Program-made: the position numbers and the translations under genes
Shown: in pieces, positions 54,805 through 64,000 of the stretch
Layout: every line of letters begins with the position of its first letter
Numbering within the stretch: position 1 is the first letter of the stretch
Notes under the pieces: generated by a model
What the model was told of the DNA's origin: nothing
Databases searched by the model: none
The model's input: the letters and a program-made list of their open reading frames with translations, nothing else
DNA from: an archaeon
GTDB taxonomy: Archaea > Aenigmatarchaeota > Aenigmatarchaeia > QMZP01 > JAFGSV01
Assembly (NCBI GenBank): GCA_028279705.1
Contig: JANQNF010000016.1
Span: 1-64,000, forward strand
Reading direction: 5' to 3'
DNA: 64,000 nt

Positions 54805-55244
54805 TGGTAAATAGGAGACGCCGTCGCCGTGGAAATCAGTTCGATTCGCTCGAACCCGATTTGCAAACACCGCGAAGGGTACATTACGTTGGATTTGAAG
54901 ATAACCCGTGGAGTCTAGTATGTAGTCAGTCTGGTATTGTCGATTCAATGCGAATTGGTGATATGCATGTAACAGGAAGTATGAGTGGTGTATCAGTTGA
55001 CGGTTATGACGACGCTGTACATCAGGCTTCCAGTGGGGAAGTTACACTAATAGACAATCCGCCCCGTGCTATAATTAATCACAATCTGGGTACTGCGATT
55101 GTAGATGTTACAACATATGACGGCGTGACATCTGGTATTTTTATCCCTGATTGTGTGCGTCCGATAGATGAAAATAATGTAGAGATAACATTGGTAGAAC
55201 CTCAACCAATGATTGTTCTAATCCAACGAGGTAAGGTAGTGTAA
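54804..55244 (+). CDS. structural protein sharing C-terminal domain with next gene
   Basis: 146 aa; C-terminus AIINHNLGTAIVDVTTYDG... parallels AILTHNYGERPLVQIYDG... of 55244..55906. Confidence 0.45.
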   Translation: MVNRRRRRRGNQFDSLEPDLQTPRRVHYVGFEDNPWSLVCSQSGIVDSMRIGDMHVTGSMSGVSVDGYDDAVHQASSGEVTLIDNPPRAIINHNLGTAIVDVTTYDGVTSGIFIPDCVRPIDENNVEITLVEPQPMIVLIQRGKVV

Positions 55245-55906
55245 TGTCTTTAGGATTTAACGCACATATTGTCGCAAGCGGCGACATTGAGACCAAGAGG
55301 GTTTTCATTGGTGACGCATCTGGTCTCACTAACATTCCGGCCGACCAACTTTCTGGTACTGTGCCAAGTGGTAATCTACCTTCTGATGTGGTTTTTGAGC
55401 TAGACCTTGTTAATGCAAGTGGCGAGATTGTTGGACAGATTGTTTCTGCTAGCGGTGAACTGAGCACAAGGCTTGAAGCTTCGGGTCTAACGCTCAACAC
55501 CGACTTAGTTGCATCAGGTCTAACATTAGACACTAAGATTAATGTTGCTAGCGGTGACCTACAGGCTCAGATTAACTCACTAAGTGCTGGTAGCGTAATG
55601 TCTGTCAGCGGCGCAGACGGTGGTGCTGGATTTACCGGTGATGTAGTTGTTTCAGGTCTAGGAGCGCAGGTATATGGCAGCGGCGCTGCTCTAGTTATCG
55701 AGCCCGATGTACGTAGAGCAGAACTGGTATTCACTTCTGGCGTCAATCAGGCCATTCTTACCCACAACTACGGCGAGAGGCCTTTGGTTCAGATTTATGA
55801 CGGCAGCGACCAAATAGTTTTTGCCTGTGTAACTCATAACTCTGTAAATGAAGTACAAGTAGATTTCCTAGAACCACAAATCGGCAGACTAGTAGTAGTA
55901 GGCTAA
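55244..55906 (+). CDS. fibre-like structural protein with ASGL-type repeats
   Basis: 220 aa; repeated ASGxLxT segments. Confidence 0.5.
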   Translation: MSLGFNAHIVASGDIETKRVFIGDASGLTNIPADQLSGTVPSGNLPSDVVFELDLVNASGEIVGQIVSASGELSTRLEASGLTLNTDLVASGLTLDTKINVASGDLQAQINSLSAGSVMSVSGADGGAGFTGDVVVSGLGAQVYGSGAALVIEPDVRRAELVFTSGVNQAILTHNYGERPLVQIYDGSDQIVFACVTHNSVNEVQVDFLEPQIGRLVVVG

Positions 55907-55924
55907 TGACCAGCGGGGTGTTCC

Positions 55925-56413
55925 ATGAGCGTTGTATGGAATACTGATATCGATGAATATAGCTTTTTCACAATTGATTCCGTAGATGCGCCAAATAAAG
56001 GCACAACTGCGGGTATTCGTAGGTCTAATTTTCCTGATGCTACTAATTCGGAAGCTAGATTTATACATCCCGTCAGGGCTGGCGGCGTAGGGCCGGTTCA
56101 TGTGGGTGTGTCTTGGTTTCCCAATAATAATGCTACAGGCGATATTAGATGGAGACTTCGCTATTCGTTTATTCCGTTCGGCTCTGGGGTTGTCAGTCCT
56201 TCTAATAATGTAGTAGAGATTCAACCGTCGCCCGGAGTTCAGAATCAGCTTACTCTGCAACTGTTTGAGATTCCCGAATCGGCCATTCCGGGGTCGGGCC
56301 AGTTAAGCATCCATGTACAAAGGCGCGGGTCAGCGGGAAGTGACACTTACACTGGAACTGCTAGGGTGGTTGGTTTCTGTTATAGAAGGAATCGCATACC
56401 CAAAAAGCAATAA
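55925..56413 (+). CDS. hypothetical structural protein
   Basis: 162 aa. Confidence 0.45.
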   Translation: MSVVWNTDIDEYSFFTIDSVDAPNKGTTAGIRRSNFPDATNSEARFIHPVRAGGVGPVHVGVSWFPNNNATGDIRWRLRYSFIPFGSGVVSPSNNVVEIQPSPGVQNQLTLQLFEIPESAIPGSGQLSIHVQRRGSAGSDTYTGTARVVGFCYRRNRIPKKQ

Positions 56414-56481
56414 AAACTTTCATAATTTTTGACTTTTTTGGTTATTATTATTGAATAAACCATGCATTCTGAGGGCGTTTA

Positions 56482-58182
56482 ATGGTTGATAAGTACCGTA
56501 CTCTGATACGTGCAAAGTTAGAGTTGGCTGATGTAACCCCATCTGATGAACAGCTTCGCGCTGTTGCTCAGAAACTAGAAGAACGCGGGAAGTTCCCATT
56601 GGGAATCATTGCTCAGCCGGATGTTCTAGCTCTACGTTCAGTTATTCTAACTACTGGCCGTCCGGGCAATCTCAACGACGACGTAATGTTGAACGAAGAG
56701 ATTCTGCCTGTACTACATACGGCCGCTTTAAAGCCGTTTAATGTAGAGCACACTAAGCTAATCATCGGTACCATTTTTGACGCCTTCGCTATTGACAGAG
56801 ATACTGGCAAAGTAGTGAAGGCTGTTGAAGTTTTTGACGAAGACGCAACCGACGAAGAGCGTGAAGAAGAGATTGAAGCGGTTCTTTCAAAAGTCGATAA
56901 TCTTCCCGAGAATCTAGACATTATTACTAATCAGGTTCTATGGGCACTACATTTCCCACAGATTGTGGCTGAGATTAAGCGCAAGGCCATTCAAGGCGAG
57001 ATGTTTGTGTCTATGGAACTTTGGTTCACCGAATTTGACTTTTTGGTGGGTAACCGAATCGTCAAGCGAATTCCTGAGACTGCTGCGATTCTCGATGAAA
57101 AGTTGAGAGTCAACGGTGGCTCAGGATTTCTTGGTTTAGAGAAGGTGAAGAGAATCCCCCGCAACATTACTTTCGCGGGTAACGCTGCTGTAGAAACACC
57201 AGCGAACCCCGATAGTTTCATTCTAGATGTAATGGATAGAAGTGACTTGATGGACCAGCGCGAGTTGGTCCGTGAAGATGAAGAAGCTGAGAGTGTTTCT
57301 GCGAGCGTTTTGGATGCGCTAAAGGCGAACACTATTTCAGTTTTACCAAGTCTCAGAGATGGCAGCGAAGCAGACGAGCAGGATGTTGTTGGTGATGCGG
57401 GGAGGTCCCGCACGCCTCTGGGTAGCAATGCTTCTGTAAGTTCTGCGGACGCTGAAGTCGATGAGGTTGTTAACCAAAGCGAGGTTAATCAAATGAACGA
57501 AGGTAACGAGAAGAAGGTCGTTGAGCTAATTGAGAAGAACGCAGTTCTTACCAAGACCGCAGACGACGCAACTCGTGAACTCGCTGAGGCCAGCAAGGCA
57601 AATGACGAGCTTCAGACACAGAACGCAGAACTTGAAGCAAAGCTCGAAGAGCATGTTGCTACTATCAAGGAGCGTGAGGAAGAGCTAGCTGCCAAGGCTG
57701 AGGCTGCCGAAAAGCTAGAGGCTGAGAAGGCCGAGCTAGAGCAGAAGCTTGAAGAGACTAACGCTAAGCTAGCGGAAATCGAAGAAGCTCGTAAGCTTGA
57801 AGCTCGCACCGCAGAGTTGTCAGACCTAGGTCTTTCAGAAGAGCGTGTCGCACGCACTATTGCTAAGACCGCAGAGCTTGATGACGAGGCATTTGCAGTA
57901 GAGGTCGCAGACCTCAAGGCCTTCATTGGTGAGTTCGCAAAGGAAGAGGTTGCAGAAGAGACTGACGAAGTTGAGACTGAAGAGGCACCCGCCGCTGAGG
58001 TCGAGACAGCCGAAGCTAACGAAGAAGAGCTTGTAGAAGTTCTTGATGAGTTGGAAGAGGAAGAAGAGCCAGTAGCTAACGCAATCGCAAGCGTCCCAGT
58101 ATCCGACGAAGAGGACGAGGCTGATGACGCACTAAAGGGTATTTTTGCTAAGGCAATGGGCGTACGCCTAAATGCTAAGTAA
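56482..58182 (+). CDS. scaffolding protein (putative)
   Basis: 566 aa; long A/E/K-rich coiled coil and extremely acidic C-terminal region; between portal and capsid genes. Confidence 0.55.
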   Translation: MVDKYRTLIRAKLELADVTPSDEQLRAVAQKLEERGKFPLGIIAQPDVLALRSVILTTGRPGNLNDDVMLNEEILPVLHTAALKPFNVEHTKLIIGTIFDAFAIDRDTGKVVKAVEVFDEDATDEEREEEIEAVLSKVDNLPENLDIITNQVLWALHFPQIVAEIKRKAIQGEMFVSMELWFTEFDFLVGNRIVKRIPETAAILDEKLRVNGGSGFLGLEKVKRIPRNITFAGNAAVETPANPDSFILDVMDRSDLMDQRELVREDEEAESVSASVLDALKANTISVLPSLRDGSEADEQDVVGDAGRSRTPLGSNASVSSADAEVDEVVNQSEVNQMNEGNEKKVVELIEKNAVLTKTADDATRELAEASKANDELQTQNAELEAKLEEHVATIKEREEELAAKAEAAEKLEAEKAELEQKLEETNAKLAEIEEARKLEARTAELSDLGLSEERVARTIAKTAELDDEAFAVEVADLKAFIGEFAKEEVAEETDEVETEEAPAAEVETAEANEEELVEVLDELEEEEEPVANAIASVPVSDEEDEADDALKGIFAKAMGVRLNAK

Positions 58183-58208
58183 TCTTTTATTGTAAAGGAT
58201 AAGACACA

Positions 58209-58715
58209 ATGGCTATTCGTGGTCTAAGAAAGATTGAAGCCGACGTTATCCGTCACAAGGCAGGTCAGGCTATGGAAGCTGGCATCGTTGTTCGTCACTC
58301 TGACACAGTTGACAGCGACACCGGACTTCCGAAGGTCAGCCCTGCTGAAAGCGGTAACGCAAAGGTAATCGGTGTTCTTCTAGACAAGGTAATCGCCCGC
58401 CCAGCCGAGGCAGAGGATAGCAGCGACACACAGCTCGCAGGCATCAAGTCTGACTATGTGTTCGTATCTGCTCAGCCTCTCTTCAGGGAAGAGGGTCTAC
58501 GTTTTGTCGATGAAGAGGTTGGAATCATGCGTAAGGGCCTAATCAGCACTAACGAGATTGCAGCCGGAGCAGTTCCTTCTGGTGGTCTGCTTGCTTACGC
58601 AAGCACCAGCGGTAAGGTTGGTACTACAGCAAGTGGTACACCAATCGGTGTATGGCAGTCAGCAACCGGCACTGACGGTTACGCTCAGCTTTACGTTGAC
58701 GTAAAGATTGCCTAA
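58209..58715 (+). CDS. head-associated protein (possible decoration or capsid auxiliary)
   Basis: 168 aa just upstream of putative MCP. Confidence 0.45.
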   Translation: MAIRGLRKIEADVIRHKAGQAMEAGIVVRHSDTVDSDTGLPKVSPAESGNAKVIGVLLDKVIARPAEAEDSSDTQLAGIKSDYVFVSAQPLFREEGLRFVDEEVGIMRKGLISTNEIAAGAVPSGGLLAYASTSGKVGTTASGTPIGVWQSATGTDGYAQLYVDVKIA

Positions 58716-58736
58716 TTTAAGTAGGAGAAAAGAATA

Positions 58737-59795
58737 ATGCAGTACGCATGGGATAATGGTCTTCAGCTATCTGGGGACGAACTAACCCTCGTCAAGGCTC
58801 TCCTACGTGAGACTGCCAACCCAAACGCAGAGATTGCATCTGCTGCTATGATGAAGCTAGCAAAGGCTGTGGAACTTCCACTCCGTAAGGGCTTCTTCAT
58901 TGGCGACACAGTTGGCAACATTTATCTCCGTGAGGACCTTGAACCGGGCACCTCAGCGAAGTACCCATTGGACTTCGTTGGCCCATCTGGCGAGCGTGAC
59001 TTCGCCGCGTTCTTGATTGCTGACGAGGGTGGAATCCCCGACCGTCTAATCAAGGGCTCAGAGGTCGCTGTGGACACCTTCGAGCTAGGTAACGCTATCT
59101 CTTGGAAGCTACAGTATGCTCGTGACGCTCGCTGGCCTATGGTCGAGCGCGCACTAAAGGTATTCCGCGATGGTTTCGTTCACACCGTGAACAACGAAGG
59201 TTGGAAGGTTCTTCTTTCAGCAATCGGTAACCGCGTGGACACTCAGTTCAGCACTGTAACCGGTGGTGCATTCACCCTCGGTCTACTTTCTGATATGCAG
59301 CTAAAGATGAAGCGTGGTATTGAGTTCGCTCGTAACGAGCTAACCGACCTATACGTTTCTTCTGAGGTTATGAAGGACATTCGTGATTTCGCAACCGAGA
59401 CCACAATTGACTTCCTAACCCGTCGTGAGATTTTCCAGGCTGTTCCACGTCCAGACGGCAACGGTGGCGAGATTATCGTTCCTACCGTCTACGGTGTAAG
59501 TATTCATGAGCTTAAGCAGCTCGGTATCGACCAAGAGTACAACACCACATTCGACAGCTTGAAGGGCTCACACCTATCTGGCTTCGACGTAAGTGCCGAC
59601 GAAATTGTTGTTGGTCTTGACCTCACACCTGAAGGTCGCCAGCAGTTCGTCATGCCTGTACGTCGTGACCTTGAAATGTTCGAGGACCCAACCCTACATC
59701 GTCAGCAGAAGGCTGGTGTTTATGGTTGGATGGAGCTAGCATTCGCGCTTCTTGATGACCGTCGAGCACTCGCCGGTTGGATTGACGCAAGCTAA
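58737..59795 (+). CDS. major capsid protein (putative)
   Basis: 352 aa after scaffold; followed by the strongest intrinsic terminator in the window. Confidence 0.6.
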   Translation: MQYAWDNGLQLSGDELTLVKALLRETANPNAEIASAAMMKLAKAVELPLRKGFFIGDTVGNIYLREDLEPGTSAKYPLDFVGPSGERDFAAFLIADEGGIPDRLIKGSEVAVDTFELGNAISWKLQYARDARWPMVERALKVFRDGFVHTVNNEGWKVLLSAIGNRVDTQFSTVTGGAFTLGLLSDMQLKMKRGIEFARNELTDLYVSSEVMKDIRDFATETTIDFLTRREIFQAVPRPDGNGGEIIVPTVYGVSIHELKQLGIDQEYNTTFDSLKGSHLSGFDVSADEIVVGLDLTPEGRQQFVMPVRRDLEMFEDPTLHRQQKAGVYGWMELAFALLDDRRALAGWIDAS

Positions 59796-59810
59796 TTCTA
59801 ACCCAAATAA

Positions 59811-59837
59811 AAAGGGGGACTTCGGTCCCCCTTTCTT
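59811..59837 (+). terminator. rho-independent terminator
   Basis: AGGGGGAC-UUCG-GUCCCCCU followed by UUCUUUU. Confidence 0.7.
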
Positions 59838-59848
59838 TTGATTCAATT

Positions 59849-60175
59849 ATGGAAATGAGCATTTTGTCCAAAAAGCGCAGTTATACGCGAGTCACAGTCA
59901 GACAAGTCATGCGACTGTATAATCAAGGCATGAACTTTAGTCAGATAGCGGAACATCTCGGGTGTGCGCGAAATACAGTACGAGCCAAAGTTCGAGAATA
60001 TATTGAAACGACTGGTAAGCCCGTACCGACGAGAACCAAACCCGGATTAGGATTCCGAGATATCACAAAAGTTCTTCGATGGTACAAAGCGGGGAAGAAA
60101 GTTTCTGATATAGCGGAACACTTTAATGTAACTGCGAGTTGCATATATAAGATTCTTCAGAAGTACGGGGATTAA
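59849..60175 (+). CDS. tandem helix-turn-helix DNA-binding protein
   Basis: 108 aa; two repeats of GMNFSQIAEHLGCARNTVRAKV / KVSDIAEHFNVTASCIYKIL. Confidence 0.5.
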   Translation: MEMSILSKKRSYTRVTVRQVMRLYNQGMNFSQIAEHLGCARNTVRAKVREYIETTGKPVPTRTKPGLGFRDITKVLRWYKAGKKVSDIAEHFNVTASCIYKILQKYGD

Positions 60176-60176
60176 C

Positions 60177-60872
60177 ATGGCAGCCGGAAACGATATCACT
60201 AACATGATTCGCTTTATCCGCATGGATATTGGCGACGATGGCTCGACTCAAACATATTCAGATACACAGTTGATGACCATGGTGCAAAAGACCACTATGC
60301 GTGTGGATGCAGCGATTGCTGGTTGTTTAACAGCTAAAGGTGGCACGGCCGTCTCAGGTGGCTTCGTGCAGTTTGAACAGGCATCATCTGGCTCTACATT
60401 TTTACCTAGCGGTTCGTTTATCCTCCCCTCAGGTGCAGGTGTCTCGGGTCTTCCTGACCCACTATTCAACCTAGTTTTGCTTAAGACAGAATGCATGTTG
60501 GCAAAACGAGCACACTTCGACGCTGCTGGTAAAGGTATTCGAGTACGAGATGGGGATACTGAAATTGATACCAGCGTTTCTTTTGCTGGTCTAGCTTCTC
60601 TTGTCAACGACAAGGGCGGCCCGTGCGCCGAATTTGATAGATTCTTAGAAGCATATTGTAGTTGGGTACATCGCACCACAGAAGGTGATGTTACCAAGTA
60701 CGGAACCATTATTTGGGCTGGTACAACTAGAAAGGTTGTTACACACGCTGAAGCGGGTCCAGATGGTTTGATTAATACTGAATATCTTGGTACATTCCAA
60801 GACTATCTACGAAGTGATGGTTTCGGTCAAACTAACAACATTGTACCGAACAACACTGACAGGAGTTCATAA
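60177..60872 (+). CDS. structural protein
   Basis: 231 aa. Confidence 0.5.
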   Translation: MAAGNDITNMIRFIRMDIGDDGSTQTYSDTQLMTMVQKTTMRVDAAIAGCLTAKGGTAVSGGFVQFEQASSGSTFLPSGSFILPSGAGVSGLPDPLFNLVLLKTECMLAKRAHFDAAGKGIRVRDGDTEIDTSVSFAGLASLVNDKGGPCAEFDRFLEAYCSWVHRTTEGDVTKYGTIIWAGTTRKVVTHAEAGPDGLINTEYLGTFQDYLRSDGFGQTNNIVPNNTDRSS

Positions 60873-61246
60873 TGGTTAGAGGTAGAGTAGGCGCAAGCCG
60901 TGCGGTTCTTACCAAAGATTTGGATGGAAACGACCTACACGCAAATGCTGACTTTGTGGCGAACCCACAAGACGTAGGTAGTCTTGGTCAAGGTATTGCT
61001 ACTTCTGGTTACGCTAGCGTAGGCACATCTGAAACAGAATTAACCGCTGGTTTAGACCGTCGCGTCATTGCAATTAATAACAATGGCTCACAAGTTCTTT
61101 TTGTTGGTCCGTCTGGTATTCCAGTCGCCAATATGTATCCCGTTCCCACTGGCCAGCAAATTTCATTTAACGCTACTAGTGGAATCAAAATTTATGGCAA
61201 GACTTCAACTGGCACTACAGATGCCCGTGTTGTAGAGCTAGCATAA
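60872..61246 (+). CDS. structural protein
   Basis: 124 aa. Confidence 0.5.
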   Translation: MVRGRVGASRAVLTKDLDGNDLHANADFVANPQDVGSLGQGIATSGYASVGTSETELTAGLDRRVIAINNNGSQVLFVGPSGIPVANMYPVPTGQQISFNATSGIKIYGKTSTGTTDARVVELA

Positions 61247-61260
61247 GGCGAGGTTAAGTA

Positions 61261-62298
61261 ATGAGTAAAATTGGCTTTCCCGGCGGTGGCGGCGGCGGTG
61301 GCGGTGGCAGCGGTAGTCCCGTAGACTCGCGCGCAGTAACCGGCGTTATTATCCCTGATACCAGTGGAGCGTATTCTATTGGTCAGAATGGCACACCCTT
61401 TGGTAGTGGTTTCTATCAGGGAGTAGCTGTTGGTGGCCAAGATGCTTTTGATACTGTAGCACCTTTTGCCGTAGCTTCTGGTGGGGTTAGTGGTACACGC
61501 GCTGGTGGTTTCACTGGCGAGTTCACACCCAAAGAAGGAACAGTATATATAGCTGATGGGAACATTTATGTTCCTAATGACCGCGGTGTATATATGGGTA
61601 ACACCGCAAATACCACATTCCAGCTAGCACTCTATCGTGACGAATTCAACCGCTTCATCATTAATGGTGGTAACGGCTCTGGTATTGCTCAGTTCGATAC
61701 CGGTGGTAGAATGGGTTGGGGTCTTGGTATTGGTGAATCTGGTCTAGGAAACATGGACGGTGGTAACGTTGGTAGCCTTATCTATCACAACCGACGTCAC
61801 AATGCTTTCAGCTTGTTCCAAGTACAGGCTAACCCAAACCAAGGTGCTAACAACCTAATCCGCACAGTAGATACTGACAACAATGTCGGTATGCGAATTC
61901 TTCAGAGCGGTACTATTCTTCCCGGCTCTGATGATAATGGCGGCGAAGTAGGTAACGCAAGTGCTCGATGGAGTAGCATTCATGGTGTTAGCGTATCTGG
62001 CACCAACGTTGGCGCTGGCACACAAATGTACATCAGCGGTATTGCTGTTGGTGACTTCCTAGGTGGTGGCGGTGGTGGTAACCCTGTAGACTCTAGGGCT
62101 GCAACCGGTGATATTCTAGTGGATGCAGATAGCAGCTACACACTAGGTAATTCACCTTCAAGTGGTTGGCAGGACGTATTCGCCACATCTGGTCATTTCG
62201 CATCAGGTATTGTAATCACTGCACCTAACGGTTCAGGTTGGTTGCTTGATTTAGACAACGCAGGTATTCTAAGCACTAACGGTCCATTTGCACTATAA
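61261..62298 (+). CDS. tail fibre-like protein with poly-Gly linkers and internal duplication
   Basis: 345 aa; GGGGGGGGSGSPVDSRAVTGVI near N-terminus repeated as GGGGGNPVDSRAATGDIL near residue 265. Confidence 0.5.
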   Translation: MSKIGFPGGGGGGGGGSGSPVDSRAVTGVIIPDTSGAYSIGQNGTPFGSGFYQGVAVGGQDAFDTVAPFAVASGGVSGTRAGGFTGEFTPKEGTVYIADGNIYVPNDRGVYMGNTANTTFQLALYRDEFNRFIINGGNGSGIAQFDTGGRMGWGLGIGESGLGNMDGGNVGSLIYHNRRHNAFSLFQVQANPNQGANNLIRTVDTDNNVGMRILQSGTILPGSDDNGGEVGNASARWSSIHGVSVSGTNVGAGTQMYISGIAVGDFLGGGGGGNPVDSRAATGDILVDADSSYTLGNSPSSGWQDVFATSGHFASGIVITAPNGSGWLLDLDNAGILSTNGPFAL

Positions 62299-62309
62299 AG
62301 GGGATAGCC

Positions 62310-62543
62310 ATGCCTAGGCATCTAAATGAAGGTAGTGAGTTTATCCCTATGAGTGGCGCCACATTAGATATGTCTAATGGTAACCTCGCTCTGCCTAGTG
62401 GGACCGCTCCGCCTGCTGTAGAGTCGCGTCTTATTAGCGATGCTTTAACCACACTAGAATCTGAAGTAAAGTTTCTACCATCTTCAGGTATTTTAATTGT
62501 GGCTTCAGGAACACAATGGATGGGTATAGAATTCAATGCCTAA
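62310..62543 (+). CDS. hypothetical protein
   Basis: 77 aa. Confidence 0.4.
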   Translation: MPRHLNEGSEFIPMSGATLDMSNGNLALPSGTAPPAVESRLISDALTTLESEVKFLPSSGILIVASGTQWMGIEFNA

Positions 62544-64000
62544 ACATCTAGCAGATTCAACTAGCGGAAATATGCTAGGAATGCTTCAGGTTACTGATGG
62601 CAGACTCTTTCTACCACAAGTTTCCAATCTAGATTCCATTACTAATCCGGCCAGTGGCGAAATTTATTTTGTCAAGCCGAGTGGTCGTATTGTTATCTGG
62701 GGCGGAGAGTCACGCGGTTGGGACTTATATTCACTTACAGAAAATTACTCTGTTAGCAGAGACGTTCTGCTTCTAGGTGTTGGTGGAGTAACTGAAAATA
62801 GTGCTATTTATAAAGCTCGTAGTAACCTCCAGAACACCACAGCGAAGATGAGATATAGTGTTAATCCCGACCTAAGTGGATTTACAGATTCTCCCGGTCA
62901 GGTAGTTTCTAGCGAAAGTGGTAACACTGTCGAAGAACTAGTAACAGGACTAGAAACAGACACTAAATATTACTACGATATCTTAATTGATGATGCTCCG
63001 GTTTTTGGCGCACCGTATCCAGAATTTGTAACCGCTCCGTCTGGTGGTGTTGATACTCCATTTGTATTTGGTTGGGCGGGAGACCAATCTGGTTCTATGG
63101 CCGATATCTTCAATACGGTTAGCGGTCACGGTATGAGCTTCTTGGGATATTTGGGTGACTTTGGATATAATGATGCTGAAGGCGACATTACCATCTATCG
63201 CACATTCTACGAAAGTCTTTATGGTGTCAACACACAATATGTAAGCGGTGTTGTACGTCAAATGTCAACAAACCACGGTTGGGACGACCACGACTACGGT
63301 GCCAACAACAGTGGTATCACCATGACCGGCAAAGAGAGCGGTCGCCAAGCATTTCTTGAGTATTGTCCGCATTATCCTCTAGAAGTAACCGAAGTAGTTA
63401 GCGGCATTAACTACAAGCATACTTGGGGTAATGCAGAGTTTTTCTATCTAGATACTAGGTACTTGAGAATTGAAAATACAGATACTAGCCGCAGGCTTCC
63501 ATCTTCAGATACTAATGATGCTGATACAGGAAGCAGCACCACAACTGTAGTAATTCAAAGTACCGATTCACCAAGCTCTGAAGATAATTTCTACAACGGA
63601 TGGTATATCAAGAGTAGCGGCCGCGTAAGCCTTATTACTGCCTATGATGGCGGAACTAGAACCGCCACATTCCAGCCTGCAATTCCGGGATTTGGTATTA
63701 GCGGTGCGTACTTCTTAAGTGGAAAATCTATGCTCAATGGAGCGGGCGACCCAAGCGGACAAACACAATGGTTGGTAGATGGAATTAATCACTCTACTAA
63801 GAGGTGGAAGTTCGTTATGGTTTCAACGCCGTTTGCCAGTGGTTTTGACACTTCTAACAACGACCATTTTGGAGGATATGATAGTCCTGACTTTGTAGAG
63901 AGAGATTATCTCAATCAGCAAATCAGCGGATACAATGTTATTTGGCTATGCACAGATAAACACTTTGCTGCTGTAGATGACAGCACTAACGCTGGCAAGT
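62536..64000 (+). CDS. PhoD-like metallophosphatase domain protein, putative virion/tail enzyme (partial, runs off window)
   Basis: open frame from ATG at 62536 to window end, not in ORF track because it has no stop in window; FN3-like TDTKYYYDI; GDQSGS, GDFGYND and NHGWDDHDYGANN resemble PhoD-type phosphodiesterase signatures. Confidence 0.55.
   Translation, partial: MPKHLADSTSGNMLGMLQVTDGRLFLPQVSNLDSITNPASGEIYFVKPSGRIVIWGGESRGWDLYSLTENYSVSRDVLLLGVGGVTENSAIYKARSNLQNTTAKMRYSVNPDLSGFTDSPGQVVSSESGNTVEELVTGLETDTKYYYDILIDDAPVFGAPYPEFVTAPSGGVDTPFVFGWAGDQSGSMADIFNTVSGHGMSFLGYLGDFGYNDAEGDITIYRTFYESLYGVNTQYVSGVVRQMSTNHGWDDHDYGANNSGITMTGKESGRQAFLEYCPHYPLEVTEVVSGINYKHTWGNAEFFYLDTRYLRIENTDTSRRLPSSDTNDADTGSSTTTVVIQSTDSPSSEDNFYNGWYIKSSGRVSLITAYDGGTRTATFQPAIPGFGISGAYFLSGKSMLNGAGDPSGQTQWLVDGINHSTKRWKFVMVSTPFASGFDTSNNDHFGGYDSPDFVERDYLNQQISGYNVIWLCTDKHFAAVDDSTNAGK

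Noticed and set aside
1-64000. Prophage in a bacterial chromosome (because of tmRNA, RNase P RNA and tRNAs)
   Set aside because: No integrase, att repeats or host housekeeping genes. The RNA genes are embedded among co-oriented small phage ORFs with phage-type terminators, which fits a large virulent phage genome carrying its own RNA genes.

Overview
This window looks like a segment of a large lytic phage genome, probably a jumbo phage of a Proteobacterial host (overall GC about 50%, with several high-GC islands). From 1 to about 45.6 kb nearly every gene is on the minus strand, in a dense array of small ORFs interspersed with RNA genes. These include tRNA-Met, two tRNA-Arg, tRNA-Glu, tRNA-Val and tRNA-Lys, several non-canonical tRNA-like elements, a tmRNA and a type-A RNase P RNA. 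The same region carries auxiliary and anti-defence modules: an NAD+ salvage pair (NAMPT plus a PncC-like/NMNAT fusion), a tRNA healing and sealing operon (RlmN-like radical SAM enzyme, HD-domain/P-loop kinase, ATP-dependent RNA ligase), a glutamine amidotransferase, GGCT/AIG2 and candidate amidoligase set, an HD (p)ppGpp-hydrolase-like protein, an SPFH lipoprotein, a SAM methyltransferase, and many small membrane peptides and zinc-ribbon proteins. A strand switch at about 45.6-45.9 kb is followed by the plus-strand late (structural) module: sigma-like factor, vWA protein, ERCC4-type nuclease, large terminase, portal, scaffold, putative major capsid protein with a strong terminator, tail fibre-like proteins and a partial PhoD-like phosphodiesterase at the window end. 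The non-coding signals worth follow-up are an 18-bp iteron-like tandem array, a dispersed CCTYRAGG motif, a family of about 8 conserved 50-60-bp intergenic elements, and a recurrent TCTAAAnTTTAGA palindrome upstream of many genes. No CRISPR array, integrase or rRNA was seen. Hand-derived coordinates may be off by 1-2 nt.
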